DNA of 64,000 nucleotides from an uncultured bacterium. GTDB lineage: Bacteria; Bacillota; Clostridia; Oscillospirales; Oscillospiraceae. Both the position numbers and the translations under genes were made by a program. Below, piece after piece: positions 11,782-20,771 of this stretch (the stretch's first letter is position 1; each line of letters starts with the position of its first letter). The DNA lies in NCBI GenBank assembly GCA_947571605.1, contig CANOYV010000003.1, positions 3,976 to 67,975 on the forward strand, given 5' to 3'. Under the pieces are notes generated by a model that was given only the letters and a program-made list of their open reading frames with translations, did no database searches and was not told the DNA's origin.

Positions 11782-13246
11782 GGGAGGCCTCCCCCCGCGG
11801 CCCCTGGATGGGCAGCTCCATGCGGATGGTCAACCCAGGCTCCTTCTTGTCCACCAGGTACAGGCCGCCCTCGTGGCGGCGCATGATCTCCTGGGCGATG
11901 GACAGCCCCAGCCCCGTACCGCCGGACTGGCGGGAGCGGGCCTTGTCCACCCGGTAAAACCGCTCGAAGATGCGCTCCCGGTCGCTCTCCGGGATGCCGA
12001 TGCCGTTGTCGTCCACCTCCATCCACACCCGGTCGTCCCCCGCCCACCCGGCGGAGATGACGATGCGCCCCCCGTCTGGGGTGTACTTGATGGCGTTGGA
12101 CACAATGTTCATCATCACCTGCACCACCCGTTCCCGGTCCGCCCGCACCTCGGGGAGATTGTCCGGCAGGGACAGCTCCACGGTGTGGGCATGGTTCTGG
12201 GCGTCCATGAGAACGGCCTGATAGGTGTCGTCCACCGCCTTGGCGAAGGGGAAGGCGCTCAGGCGCAGCTCACTGCGCCCGGAGTCAAACCGGGACAGGG
12301 TGAGCAGGTCCTGCAAAATGTGGGTCATGCGGTCGGACTCGTTGAGGATGACCCCCAGGAACCGGTGCTCCATCTCCGGGGGCAGGTCTCCCACCCCGTC
12401 GTCCAGAGTCTCGGCGTAGCTCTTGATGTTGGTCAGCGGGGTGCGCAGCTCGTGGGACACGTTGGCCACAAAGTCCTTGCGCATCTGCTCGGCCTTCTCC
12501 AGCTCGGCAATATTGGCCTCCAACTGCCGGGCCATGACGTTGAAGCTCTCGGTGAGCTGGCCGATCTCATCGCCGGAGGTCACCTCCAGCTTCCGGGAGA
12601 AGTCCCCCTGGGCCACCTCCTCGATGCCATCGATGAGGCGCTGGATGGGGTTCACCATGGTTTTGGCCAGCAGGAAGGACAGCAGGATGGAGATGATGAG
12701 ACCCAGCACCAGCGCCTCGACGATGAGGGAAAACATCTCCGCGTTGAGTCCGCGGGCGGTCTCCCGGCTGTCCAGAATATAGACGATATAGGGCCGATCG
12801 CCCCGGACGATGGGGATGGCCGCGTCCATGTAGTCGGCGGTGACGCTGCTCTCGAAGCCCGGCGCCCCCGACAGGGCGGTGGAGATGTTGGGCGTCACCC
12901 GCACGCCCCCCTCCGGCTCCGGGGCGGAGCCGGCAAGATAGTGCCCGGTAGCGCCGTCCAGCACAAAATAGTTGCGGTTGCGGCGGTCCACCCCCAGCAC
13001 ACCCTCGTAAAGCGCCAGCACTTCGCCCACCATGGATGCGCCGTCCTCCTCCTCGTCGGTGGCGGTCTGAAGGTCCCGGACAAAGTCCACGTTGTCCGGG
13101 CCGAAGGCGTCGGCAATCTGGCTGTAAAACTCGTCGATATAGTAGCCGGTCACCGAGTTCATCAGAAACGCGCCCACCACCACCATCAGCGACACGATGA
13201 GCAGCACCATGATGAGCACCAGCTTGATGTGCAGGTTTCGGCGCAT
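11771..13246 (-). CDS. WalK/YycG-like sensor histidine kinase
   Basis: Two TMs, HAMP, H-box FVANVSHELRTPLT, HATPase N/G1/F/G2 boxes, RVDKARSR motif; no obvious PAS domain. Confidence 0.88.
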   Translation of the reverse strand: MRRNLHIKLVLIMVLLIVSLMVVVGAFLMNSVTGYYIDEFYSQIADAFGPDNVDFVRDLQTATDEEEDGASMVGEVLALYEGVLGVDRRNRNYFVLDGATGHYLAGSAPEPEGGVRVTPNISTALSGAPGFESSVTADYMDAAIPIVRGDRPYIVYILDSRETARGLNAEMFSLIVEALVLGLIISILLSFLLAKTMVNPIQRLIDGIEEVAQGDFSRKLEVTSGDEIGQLTESFNVMARQLEANIAELEKAEQMRKDFVANVSHELRTPLTNIKSYAETLDDGVGDLPPEMEHRFLGVILNESDRMTHILQDLLTLSRFDSGRSELRLSAFPFAKAVDDTYQAVLMDAQNHAHTVELSLPDNLPEVRADRERVVQVMMNIVSNAIKYTPDGGRIVISAGWAGDDRVWMEVDDNGIGIPESDRERIFERFYRVDKARSRQSGGTGLGLSIAQEIMRRHEGGLYLVDKKEPGLTIRMELPIQGPRGEASHEE

Positions 13247-13347
13247 AGGAGAACTCTCCTTTCCCAAGTTATCACGCTTCGAAGCGGTCAGGGCGTTCGG
13301 TCGCCTTCCCTCCGGCTCAGGCTCCCTCGCCGACCGCTTCTCAGCGC

Positions 13348-14049
13348 TCACATGCCAAATGCGTAGCCTAAGCCCCGGCGGGTCACAATGAACTTGGGGT
13401 CGGCGGGGTCGTCCTCCAGTTTCTCCCGCAGCCGCCGGATGGCCACGTCCACCGCCCGCACGTCGCCCACGTAGCCGTCGTAATTCCAGACCTGCTCCAT
13501 CAGCGACTCCCGGCTCACCGCCTGCCCCCGGCTGGAGGCCAGGGTCTTGACCAGCTCATACTCCCGCTGGGTCAGGTCCAGGGGATCGCCGTCCTTGTAC
13601 ACCAGCATGGCATCCAGGTCCACCTGGACGCGCCCCAGCTTCAACCGGTTGGCGGACTCCTGGGGGGCGGCGCGGGCGAGCATCTCCGTACGGCGGATGT
13701 TGCTCTTCACCCGGGCCATCAGCTCCCGCATGGAAAAGGGCTTGGTGATATAGTCGTCCGCCCCCAGCTCCAGCCCCAGCACCTTGTCCGTCTCTTCCTC
13801 CCGGGCGGTGAGCATGATGATGGGGGTGGCCCGCCCCTGCTCCCGCAGGCGGCGGCACACCTCGAAGCCGTCCATCTTGGGCAGCATCAGGTCCAGCAAG
13901 ATCAGGTCCGGGTCCTGTTCCAGGGCCAGGCGCAACCCCGCCGCCCCGTCCAGGGCCTCCAGGGTGCCGTAGCCCTCCCGTGCCAGGTTGAAGGTGAGGA
14001 TGTCCACGATGTTGCGCTCGTCCTCCACCACCAGGATTTTTTTACCCAT
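13348..14049 (-). CDS. OmpR-family response regulator (WalR/YycF-like)
   Basis: Receiver domain (LLDLMLP, ADDYITKPF) and winged-helix C-terminus. Confidence 0.9.
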   Translation of the reverse strand: MGKKILVVEDERNIVDILTFNLAREGYGTLEALDGAAGLRLALEQDPDLILLDLMLPKMDGFEVCRRLREQGRATPIIMLTAREEETDKVLGLELGADDYITKPFSMRELMARVKSNIRRTEMLARAAPQESANRLKLGRVQVDLDAMLVYKDGDPLDLTQREYELVKTLASSRGQAVSRESLMEQVWNYDGYVGDVRAVDVAIRRLREKLEDDPADPKFIVTRRGLGYAFGM

Positions 14050-14590
14050 TGGCTTCCTCCCGCATGAGTTTGTCCGCCCGGAACAGGGCCGTCACCGTCT
14101 TGGCGTCGTTGAGCCGCCCGTCGGCGGCACGTGCCAGCGCCTCGCCGAAGGGCATCTTGAAGGGCTCCAAAAACTCGTCCTGGTCCAGGTGCCGCGCTCC
14201 GAAGGCCAGATCCCGGGCCAGATACAGGTAGAGCATCTCGTCGGTGTAGCCCACGCTTGGCATGATGTAGCCCAGCGGGTCCCACCGGCCCGCCGTAGCG
14301 CCGATCTCCTCGCTCAGCTCCCGCCGGATGGCGTCAAAGGGGACCTCCCCCGGCTCCAGCTTGCCGGCGGGGATTTCGGTGACCACCTTGTGATAGGGAT
14401 AGCGGAACTGCCGCTCCAAGTAGACGTTCCCGTCCCCGTCCAGGGCCACCACCGCCGCCCCGCCGGGGTGGTGGACAAACTCGCGGACGGACGCGCCGCC
14501 GCCCGCCAGCTCCACCTGATCCGAATACACCTTCAACAGGCAACCGTCGAACACCTGCCGGCTGGACAGCGTTTTCTCGTTCAATTCCAT
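14042..14590 (-). CDS. NUDIX hydrolase (ADP-ribose pyrophosphatase-like)
   Basis: Nudix box GKLEPGEVPFDAIRRELSEEIG. Confidence 0.88.
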   Translation of the reverse strand: MELNEKTLSSRQVFDGCLLKVYSDQVELAGGGASVREFVHHPGGAAVVALDGDGNVYLERQFRYPYHKVVTEIPAGKLEPGEVPFDAIRRELSEEIGATAGRWDPLGYIMPSVGYTDEMLYLYLARDLAFGARHLDQDEFLEPFKMPFGEALARAADGRLNDAKTVTALFRADKLMREEANG

Positions 14591-14743
14591 ATCAACTACC
14601 TCCCGGTCAGTATTTCCCGCATATCTATGTATTTTACCATAGCGGGAAAAAAATAGAAAGCCAAAAGTCACATTTTCCCGATAAAATGAGGGATTGTCAT
14701 TTGGACCCCAATCCCTTATAATGTTCCCAACGAGGTGATTTCC

Positions 14744-15937
14744 ATGAATGTGAAAACCATGCTGGCCGCCCTGCGGGGCGTGACCGTGTACAAAGATATT
14801 CTGACCCAGCCCGTGATGGAGGCCGCCTTGCGACTGCTTACCAGCGCCGCCCACGGCGACGGCCTGGGCGGGCTGGAGGCGTATACCGACCTATTCTACC
14901 GCCTCCGGTCGGAGGGACGGCCGGGGCTGGGCCACTGGCTGGGAGACGCTTTGCGGTGGTCGGAGGGGCCCTACCCCCTGCTGGCGGAGCGGGGGGACCG
15001 GGACCCTGCGTTGGAGCAGGCGGCCAAGCTGGACGTCTCCGCCTTCGAGCTGCTGGCCAGCGTGGACTGCGACAAGTGGCTGGCGCACCTGGGAAAATTC
15101 CTGGACAGCGACTATCAGGGCGTACTTACCTCCCTGCCCCGGTGGCAACGGGGGGCGCCCTTCTCCTTTGACCAGCTCGCAAAAGCCTACCAAGAGGAGG
15201 GCGCGGGGCTGTTCGCCCGCTACCGCGCCTTTGTCTGGGACAGCGGCGCGCTGATCCCAGTGGCCCGCCCCGACTGCCCCTCCTCCCACCAGCTCCTGGG
15301 CTACGACGGCCAGCGGGCCGAGGTGGAGCGCAATACCCGCGCCCTGGTGGAGGGCCGGTACGTAAACAACGTGCTGCTCTACGGCGAGAGCGGCACGGGC
15401 AAGTCGGCTACGGTGAAGCACCTGCTCACCCTGCCCGGAATGGAGGAGCTGCGGCTCATTGAGGCGGACAAGGAGAACCTGGGCGGCCTGCCCGCCCTGA
15501 TCCGGAAGCTGGACGGGCGGCGGCAAAAGTTCATCGTGTTCATCGACGATCTGACCTTCGACCGGGACGACCCGACTTACTCGGTACTTAAAACCATTCT
15601 GGAGGGCGGCGTGGAGCGCCGCCCCCAGAACGTGGCCGTCTACGCCACCTCCAACCGCCGCCACCTGGTGCGGCAGACCATATCCGAGCGGGCCGGGGAC
15701 GAGATGGACCGGTCCGAGACCATCCGGGAAAAAACCTCCCTGGCCGACCGGTTCGGCGTGCGGGTGCTGTTCCAGGGGCTGAACAAGACGGAGTTTCTGG
15801 CCCTGGTGGATATGCTGGCGGATCGGCACGGAATCGCGCTGGACCGGGAGGAGCTTCACCGCCGGGCGGTAGCCTGGGAGCGGTTCCACGGAGCCCAGAC
15901 GCCCCGCACCGCATTGCAGTTTATCCTGTCGCTGTGA
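14744..15937 (+). CDS. DUF815-family AAA+ ATPase
   Basis: Walker A GESGTGKS, FIDDLTF Walker B, YATSNRRHLV motif. Confidence 0.82.
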   Translation: MNVKTMLAALRGVTVYKDILTQPVMEAALRLLTSAAHGDGLGGLEAYTDLFYRLRSEGRPGLGHWLGDALRWSEGPYPLLAERGDRDPALEQAAKLDVSAFELLASVDCDKWLAHLGKFLDSDYQGVLTSLPRWQRGAPFSFDQLAKAYQEEGAGLFARYRAFVWDSGALIPVARPDCPSSHQLLGYDGQRAEVERNTRALVEGRYVNNVLLYGESGTGKSATVKHLLTLPGMEELRLIEADKENLGGLPALIRKLDGRRQKFIVFIDDLTFDRDDPTYSVLKTILEGGVERRPQNVAVYATSNRRHLVRQTISERAGDEMDRSETIREKTSLADRFGVRVLFQGLNKTEFLALVDMLADRHGIALDREELHRRAVAWERFHGAQTPRTALQFILSL

Positions 15938-15979
15938 CAAAAACCCGCCCGGAGAACGCCGTCGGAAGGAGGTCTTGCC

Positions 15980-17215
15980 ATGTCCGCCGGCCGTCAATTT
16001 CAGATGGTCTATCTCCTGCTGGAAAAGGGCCGCATGACCGCCGGGGAGCTGGCGGAAAAGCTGGAGGTCTCCCCCCGCACGGTGCTGCGGGACGTGGACG
16101 CGCTGTCCGCCGCCGGGGTGCCGGTGTACACCACCCAGGGGGCCGGGGGCGGCGTGGCCCTGCTGCCCGGCTATGTGCTGGACCGGGCCGCCTTCACCGA
16201 CGAGGAGCAGTGCCAGCTCCTCACCGCCCTGCAAAGCCTGCCTAATCAGGAGGGGGAGCAGGCGCTGACCAAGCTGTCCGCCCTGTTCCGCCGGGGGCCG
16301 GAGGACTGGCTCCAGGTGAATCTCTCCCGCTGGGGGGCGGGGGAGGCGGACAAAGAGAAGTTCCGCCTCCTCAAGCGGGCCGTGCTGGAACGGCAGGTCC
16401 TGGCCTTTGGCTACGCCGGCTCCTACGGCTCCAGCCGGGCACGCAAGGTTCTCCCCGCCCGGCTGGTGTTCAAGGGGCAGGGATGGTATCTCCAGGCTTT
16501 CGACTTGGAGCGGGAGGACTACCGCACCTTCCGGCTGTCCCGCATCCTGTCCCCGGCCTTCACCGGAGAGGTGTTCCACCGCCGCCTGGATCCGCCGGAT
16601 ATTGACTTTCCCGGCGACATTCCGCCCCTGTTCCGGGTGGAGGCCAGGCTGCGGTTCGCCCCCTGCATGGCCTACCGGGTATATGACGAGTTCGACCAGG
16701 GCTGCGTCACCCGCCAGGACGACGGCTCCTTGCTGGTGGAGACGGTGTTCCCCGAGGACCAGTGGCTGTACGGCTACCTGCTCAGCTTCGGCGCGGGGGT
16801 GGAGGTGCTCTCGCCGGACACGCTGCGCAAACGTCTTGCCCTCCTGGGGCAGGAAATTTTTCGGGCCCATTCTGAACCTGACATACCTTGTCAGGTTCCG
16901 GATGCTATGATGGGACCATCCAAAACAAAGGAGGTTCCAACCATGGAAAACTACAAAGACATGAAATTCTGCCAATCCTGCGGCATGCCCCTCGCCCCCG
17001 GCGTAGAGCTTGGCACCGAGGAGGACGGTTCCCCCAGCGCGGACTACTGCGGCTACTGCTACAAGGATGGGAAATTCGCGGGAGAGATGACCATGGAGGA
17101 GATGATCGACTTCTGCGCCCCCATGATGGCCCAGGGCAACCCCGGCATGACTGAGGAGCAGGCCAAGGCCCAGATGCACCAGTTCTTCCCCATGCTGAAA
17201 CGCTGGAAGCGCTGA
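15980..17215 (+). CDS. YafY-type HTH-WYL regulator read in frame into a C-terminal zinc-ribbon domain
   Basis: HTH (ELAEKLEVSPRTVLRD), GWYLQAF, RTFRLSRI, then CQSCGMP...YCGYCY; internal RBS and ATG at 16943. Confidence 0.8.
   Translation: MSAGRQFQMVYLLLEKGRMTAGELAEKLEVSPRTVLRDVDALSAAGVPVYTTQGAGGGVALLPGYVLDRAAFTDEEQCQLLTALQSLPNQEGEQALTKLSALFRRGPEDWLQVNLSRWGAGEADKEKFRLLKRAVLERQVLAFGYAGSYGSSRARKVLPARLVFKGQGWYLQAFDLEREDYRTFRLSRILSPAFTGEVFHRRLDPPDIDFPGDIPPLFRVEARLRFAPCMAYRVYDEFDQGCVTRQDDGSLLVETVFPEDQWLYGYLLSFGAGVEVLSPDTLRKRLALLGQEIFRAHSEPDIPCQVPDAMMGPSKTKEVPTMENYKDMKFCQSCGMPLAPGVELGTEEDGSPSADYCGYCYKDGKFAGEMTMEEMIDFCAPMMAQGNPGMTEEQAKAQMHQFFPMLKRWKR
16874..16911 (+). promoter_or_regulatory. Intragenic operator/promoter for the zinc-ribbon ORF (16943-17215)
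   Basis: Perfect inverted repeat GAACCTGACA-N5-TGTCAGGTTC (16874-16898), then TGcTATGAT extended -10, then an AAGGAGG RBS. Confidence 0.6.
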
Positions 17216-17359
17216 GCCGTCGTGAGCAGCGCGGATGGACTGGAGCGAGGGCAAAAGCCCAAGGGCCACGCAGTGGGACTGGGTTTTGCCCGAGTCGAAA
17301 GGAAGCCGCGCGTCGCGAACAGGCAGAGCGTGACTATAAGCGCTGAGCCGTCGTGAGCA
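17207..17359 (+). repeat. Structured intergenic repeat, family 2 copy A, with a 22-bp direct repeat
   Basis: AAGCGCTGAGCCGTCGTGAGCA at 17207 and 17338; core similar to 18643-18769 (reverse) and 57046-57172. Confidence 0.7.
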
Positions 17360-17368
17360 ATGCGCAGC

Positions 17369-17403
17369 AAAAATCCCCCCGGATGCACAATCCAGGGGGG
17401 ATT
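17369..17403. terminator. Intrinsic terminator between convergent genes
   Basis: AAATCCCCCC...GGGGGGATTT hairpin. Confidence 0.6.
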
Positions 17404-17411
17404 TGTTCATT

Positions 17412-18338
17412 TCAAAGCAGGTCCTTTTTCCGCAGGATAACCCCCGCCACCACGATAATGACGGCGGAGATGACCAGCGGAGGCCAGAAGCTGTGGGCAA
17501 AAGGCAGAATGTCCACGTTCATGCCGTAAAACCCGAATACGATGTTGGGCACCGTCATGAGAATGGTGACGGAGGCCAGCAGCTTCATGATGACGTTCAG
17601 ATTGTTGGAGATGACGGAGGCGAAGGCGTCCATCATGCCCGAGATGATGTCGGAGTAGATCTGCGCCATCTCAATGGCCTGACGCACCTCGATGAGCACG
17701 TCCTCCAGCAGGTCATGGTCCTCCTCGTAGAGGGTGACGATCCGCCCGCGCAGGATCTTCTCCAGCGTCACCTCGTTGGCCTTCAGGGAGGTGTTGAAGT
17801 AGACCAGCGACTTCTCCAGGTCCAGCAGTTGGATCAGCTCCTTGTTCCGCTGGGACTTGTAAAGCTGCCGCTCCATATGGCTGTAGGTCTTGTCGATTTG
17901 TTTCAGGTAGCTTAAGTACCGCTTTGCCACCAGCAGCAGGATATTCAGGATAAATCGGGTGCGCTGCTCGGTGCGCACGTCCCTCACTATCCCGCCCTGG
18001 AGGTCCCGCACCACCGAGGTCTCCTTCAGGCACACGGTGATGATATGCCTCTCCGTCACGATGATCCCCATAGGCAGGGTGGAGTACACCACGCCGGTCT
18101 CGTCCTGCTCCATGGCGGGGGTGTCCACAATAATGAGGGTGCAGCCGTCCTCCTTGTCAATCCGGGACGTCTCCTCCTCATCCAGGGCCGCCCGGAGGAA
18201 AGACGGCTCCACCGCCAGGGTGGCGGCCACGGTTTTCAGCTCGTCCTCGCTGGGGTTCACCAGGTTGACCCAGCATCCATCCGTCACGGAGTTGAGCGGG
18301 GTCATCTTGCCGTCCACCGTCTTGTGGATGGTCATCAT
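17412..18338 (-). CDS. corA: CorA-family Mg2+ transporter
   Basis: C-terminal TMs with the FYGMN signature. Confidence 0.9.
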   Translation of the reverse strand: MMTIHKTVDGKMTPLNSVTDGCWVNLVNPSEDELKTVAATLAVEPSFLRAALDEEETSRIDKEDGCTLIIVDTPAMEQDETGVVYSTLPMGIIVTERHIITVCLKETSVVRDLQGGIVRDVRTEQRTRFILNILLLVAKRYLSYLKQIDKTYSHMERQLYKSQRNKELIQLLDLEKSLVYFNTSLKANEVTLEKILRGRIVTLYEEDHDLLEDVLIEVRQAIEMAQIYSDIISGMMDAFASVISNNLNVIMKLLASVTILMTVPNIVFGFYGMNVDILPFAHSFWPPLVISAVIIVVAGVILRKKDLL

Positions 18339-18577
18339 AGCTCTCACACACCTTTCCCGAATCGGCGGGAGGGCATAAAAATCCCCCCGCGACCCATGTA
18401 AAATTCTCCCATCGGCAAAACGCCGACAGGCTGCGGGCGCACGGGGAGGCAGTAAGTACCGGCTCAGCGGGTGCGCCGTGTTTTTCTGTTGCAACTTCGA
18501 CCAAACGGATCGCCTGACACGACGCATCTCACTTCCTTTATTCATCCAATTTCCGCATGTATGTTGCGGTTTTATCC

Positions 18578-18606
18578 ATTATATCCTTTTCCTCCCCTGA
18601 TTGCAA
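18578..18606 (-). promoter_or_regulatory. SigA promoter of corA, implying a ~230-nt 5' leader
   Basis: TTGCAA-N17-TATAAT on the minus strand. Confidence 0.7.
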
Positions 18607-18642
18607 GGAGAAAATCATCCCACCCTCGTGTCGTGCGTTTTT

Positions 18643-18769
18643 GCGCTCCGATTGGGCGCATTACGGGGCGGCTTCACTCCGCCCCGGAGGAAATCCGCCC
18701 CCGCTTCGCAGCGACCGGGTTTTCCTCCCCGCTCCGGTCCAAGCTCCCTTGTGCGGCTATCCTTGCGCT
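18643..18769 (-). repeat. Structured intergenic repeat, family 2 copy B
   Basis: 127 bp, AGCGC-bounded, homologous to 57046-57172; supplies the stop codon of spoVFB. Confidence 0.75.
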
Positions 18770-19344
18770 AGCAACAACGGCTGAATCTGCTCCCCCCGGC
18801 AGGCGGCCTCGACGGTCTCGGGGACCAGGGTGAAGTCGGCCACCAGAGAGGTGGGCTTGCCCATGCAGTCGTCTTGGCCGAAGGGCACGAAGTACACGTT
18901 TTTGCGCCCCAGCATGGTCCCCAGGTTGGGGGCGCTCCCGGCTAAGCCGTCATTGGTAGCCAGCGCCAGCACCAGCGGTTTCCCGTTGCGCAGGTGCGCT
19001 TTCGCCGCCATGGTCACCGAGCTGTCAGTGACGCCGTGGGCCAGCTTGGCCAGGGTGTTGCCCGTGCAGGGGCAGATCACCAGCACGTCCAGCAGCCCCT
19101 TTGGCCCGATGGGCTCCGCCCCGGCCACGGTGTCGATCACCCGGCGGTCGCACAGCCGCTCCATCTCCCGCATAAAGTCGTGGGCCTTCCCGAACCGGGT
19201 GTCGGTGGACGCCACCGTCTCGGACACGATGGGCGTCACCGGCCCGAACCGGGCGGTCGTCTGCTCCAAAGCGTCCAGCGCCTTGGACATGGTGCAAAAG
19301 GACCCGCAGAACGCGAAGCCCACTTTTAACTCCTTATGATTCAC
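18757..19344 (-). CDS. spoVFB: Dipicolinate synthase subunit B
   Basis: VGFAFCGSFCT, AEPIGPK, PCTGNTLAKLA, NVYFVPFGQDD, KPTSLVA motifs; GTG start overlaps the spoVFA stop. Confidence 0.93.
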   Translation of the reverse strand: MNHKELKVGFAFCGSFCTMSKALDALEQTTARFGPVTPIVSETVASTDTRFGKAHDFMREMERLCDRRVIDTVAGAEPIGPKGLLDVLVICPCTGNTLAKLAHGVTDSSVTMAAKAHLRNGKPLVLALATNDGLAGSAPNLGTMLGRKNVYFVPFGQDDCMGKPTSLVADFTLVPETVEAACRGEQIQPLLLAQG

Positions 19345-19820
19345 AGGTCTGATTCCTCCATGATATGATAGACGGTATCCTTGATGTACCGTCCCGAGGT
19401 GACGGGAGCCACCTTTCCCGGCAGGGACAGCGCCCAGATCACCCGCACACCCAGGGTGGCGGCGGCGTCCATATCCACCCCGCCGGGGCGAGACGCCAGG
19501 TCGATGACCAGGGCCCGCTCCTTCAAAGCGGCCAGCTCCTCCACCCCCAGCACCGGGGCGGGCACCGTGTTGAAAACGATATCGTAGCTGCACAGCCAGT
19601 CGCTCAGGTGATCCATACCCTCGCTGTTCAGGCCCATGCACTCGGCGGCGGCCCGCTGCTCATACCGCCGGGCGGACACCCACACCCGGGCCCCCAGCGC
19701 CCGCAGCCGGGGCGCCAGCGTCCGGCCCAGCCGCCCAAAGCCGATGACCAGCACACGGGCGTCGTGGAGGGTGATGGGCAGCTCCTCCATGGCGATCTGG
19801 ATGGCGCCCTCAGCGGTGGG
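19341..19820 (-). CDS. spoVFA: Dipicolinate synthase subunit A, 3' portion (interrupted gene)
   Basis: PTAEGAIQIAM, Rossmann GFGRLG, IDLASRPGG, LSLPGKVAP; no 5' part adjacent, the missing 5' part is at 34398-34783. Confidence 0.92.
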   Translation of the reverse strand, partial: PTAEGAIQIAMEELPITLHDARVLVIGFGRLGRTLAPRLRALGARVWVSARRYEQRAAAECMGLNSEGMDHLSDWLCSYDIVFNTVPAPVLGVEELAALKERALVIDLASRPGGVDMDAAATLGVRVIWALSLPGKVAPVTSGRYIKDTVYHIMEESDL

Positions 19821-19843
19821 TAGGGCGTTAGCGGTATGGTAAC
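19819..19843. other. Attachment site adjoining the spoVFA 3' portion (P arm plus CC core)
   Basis: Core 19819-19820, 3-bp spacer, arm GGCGTTAGCGGTATGGTAAC at 19824-19843. Confidence 0.88.
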
Positions 19844-19845
19844 GC

Positions 19846-19885
19846 AAAAAAAGAGAGACGGCCATCAACCAGCCATCTCTCTTTT
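19846..19885 (-). terminator. Intrinsic terminator at the element end, facing spoVFA 3' portion and spoVFB
   Basis: Stem AAAAGAGAGAUGGC/GCCGUCUCUCUUUU with a U-G wobble on the minus strand, followed by a U7 tract. Confidence 0.75.
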
Positions 19886-19923
19886 CCGTTTAATAAATTA
19901 CACTTTGAGTTCCAATATCAATC

Positions 19924-20424
19924 TCATCTACAAACGTCCAATTGCTGCATTGGGACGGAAACTGCATGATTAAGCCACCCATCCTGATATGTCCCCACAT
20001 AAACATAAACAGGGATGGAGAGCCGTTCTAAATACCGCTCCATCAGCGGGCGAACCTCTTCCCAGTCCAGCCCGCCGTTTCCGCAGCCCAGCCGGGGAAA
20101 CGCGATGGAGGCGATTCCCTTTTCCACATAGGTGTCCGCGAATTTTTGCAACCCCGCCTCGATGTATTCCAGCTTAGAGGGACTCCGCCAATGCTTTTTG
20201 GTTGGGAACATAAGCACCCATTTTTCCGGGCCCTTCCAGAGGAGGAGCTTCCCGATTTCCAACTGTTTTTCATCGCATACCCGCTCGTAGCTCTTGAACA
20301 TCGCCGGGTAGCGCTTTTTGAATTCCAGCGCAACGCCCTTTCCCATCACCCCTACAGTGTTCACCGTATTGACCAGCACTTGCGCCGGACTGCTGAATAT
20401 ATCGCCTTTCAAATAGGTAATCAT
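19924..20424 (-). CDS. DarG-like macrodomain protein, macrodomain only
   Basis: VNTVNTVGVMGKGVALEFK, FPTKKHWR and SIAFPRLGCGNGGLDW match DarG-type macrodomains. Confidence 0.8.
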   Translation of the reverse strand: MITYLKGDIFSSPAQVLVNTVNTVGVMGKGVALEFKKRYPAMFKSYERVCDEKQLEIGKLLLWKGPEKWVLMFPTKKHWRSPSKLEYIEAGLQKFADTYVEKGIASIAFPRLGCGNGGLDWEEVRPLMERYLERLSIPVYVYVGTYQDGWLNHAVSVPMQQLDVCR

Positions 20425-20590
20425 CACCATCACCTCAAACACGCATCATCAATATTTAGTATAACACAGCAGAAAGAAAAGTAAAAGACAAATCGAACTA
20501 AGGCTCAAAGGATTTCACTTTCCTGCATATCTTTGAGTGCCTGTCAAGCCAACCAAGCGGGACAGGAAAAATTTTGCGCAGGATTTTTGA

Positions 20591-20690
20591 GTTTCTGCAC
20601 TATACTGCAAAAACTTTCTTCTTTTTATAGTTTCTGCACTACAGTGCAGAAACTTTTCTTTTTTCGACAATTTTGCACCGAGCAAACCCC
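20591..20690. repeat. Three 39-bp-period palindromic repeats
   Basis: Copies at 20591, 20630 (perfect GTTTCTGCACT-AC-AGTGCAGAAAC) and 20669 (degenerate). Confidence 0.65.
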
Positions 20691-20771
20691 CGGCCTCCTG
20701 AGAGGGGAGGCCGGGGGTTCAATCTCCGTCTGACACGGCTGCACCACCTCCCACCGCTGGAGGGGGAGGTG

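Noticed and set aside
18339-18571. M-box (ykoK) riboswitch
   Set aside because: I could not find its conserved sequence blocks by eye; kept only as an unknown leader.
19821-19868. In-frame upstream start giving a standalone 175-aa SpoVFA
   Set aside because: No convincing RBS, the segment lies in a terminator stem and att arm, and the product lacks the N-terminal 128 residues.
20591-20690. Possible mini-CRISPR array
   Set aside because: Only three degenerate units, gaps of about 15 bp that resemble each other, and no cas genes in the window.
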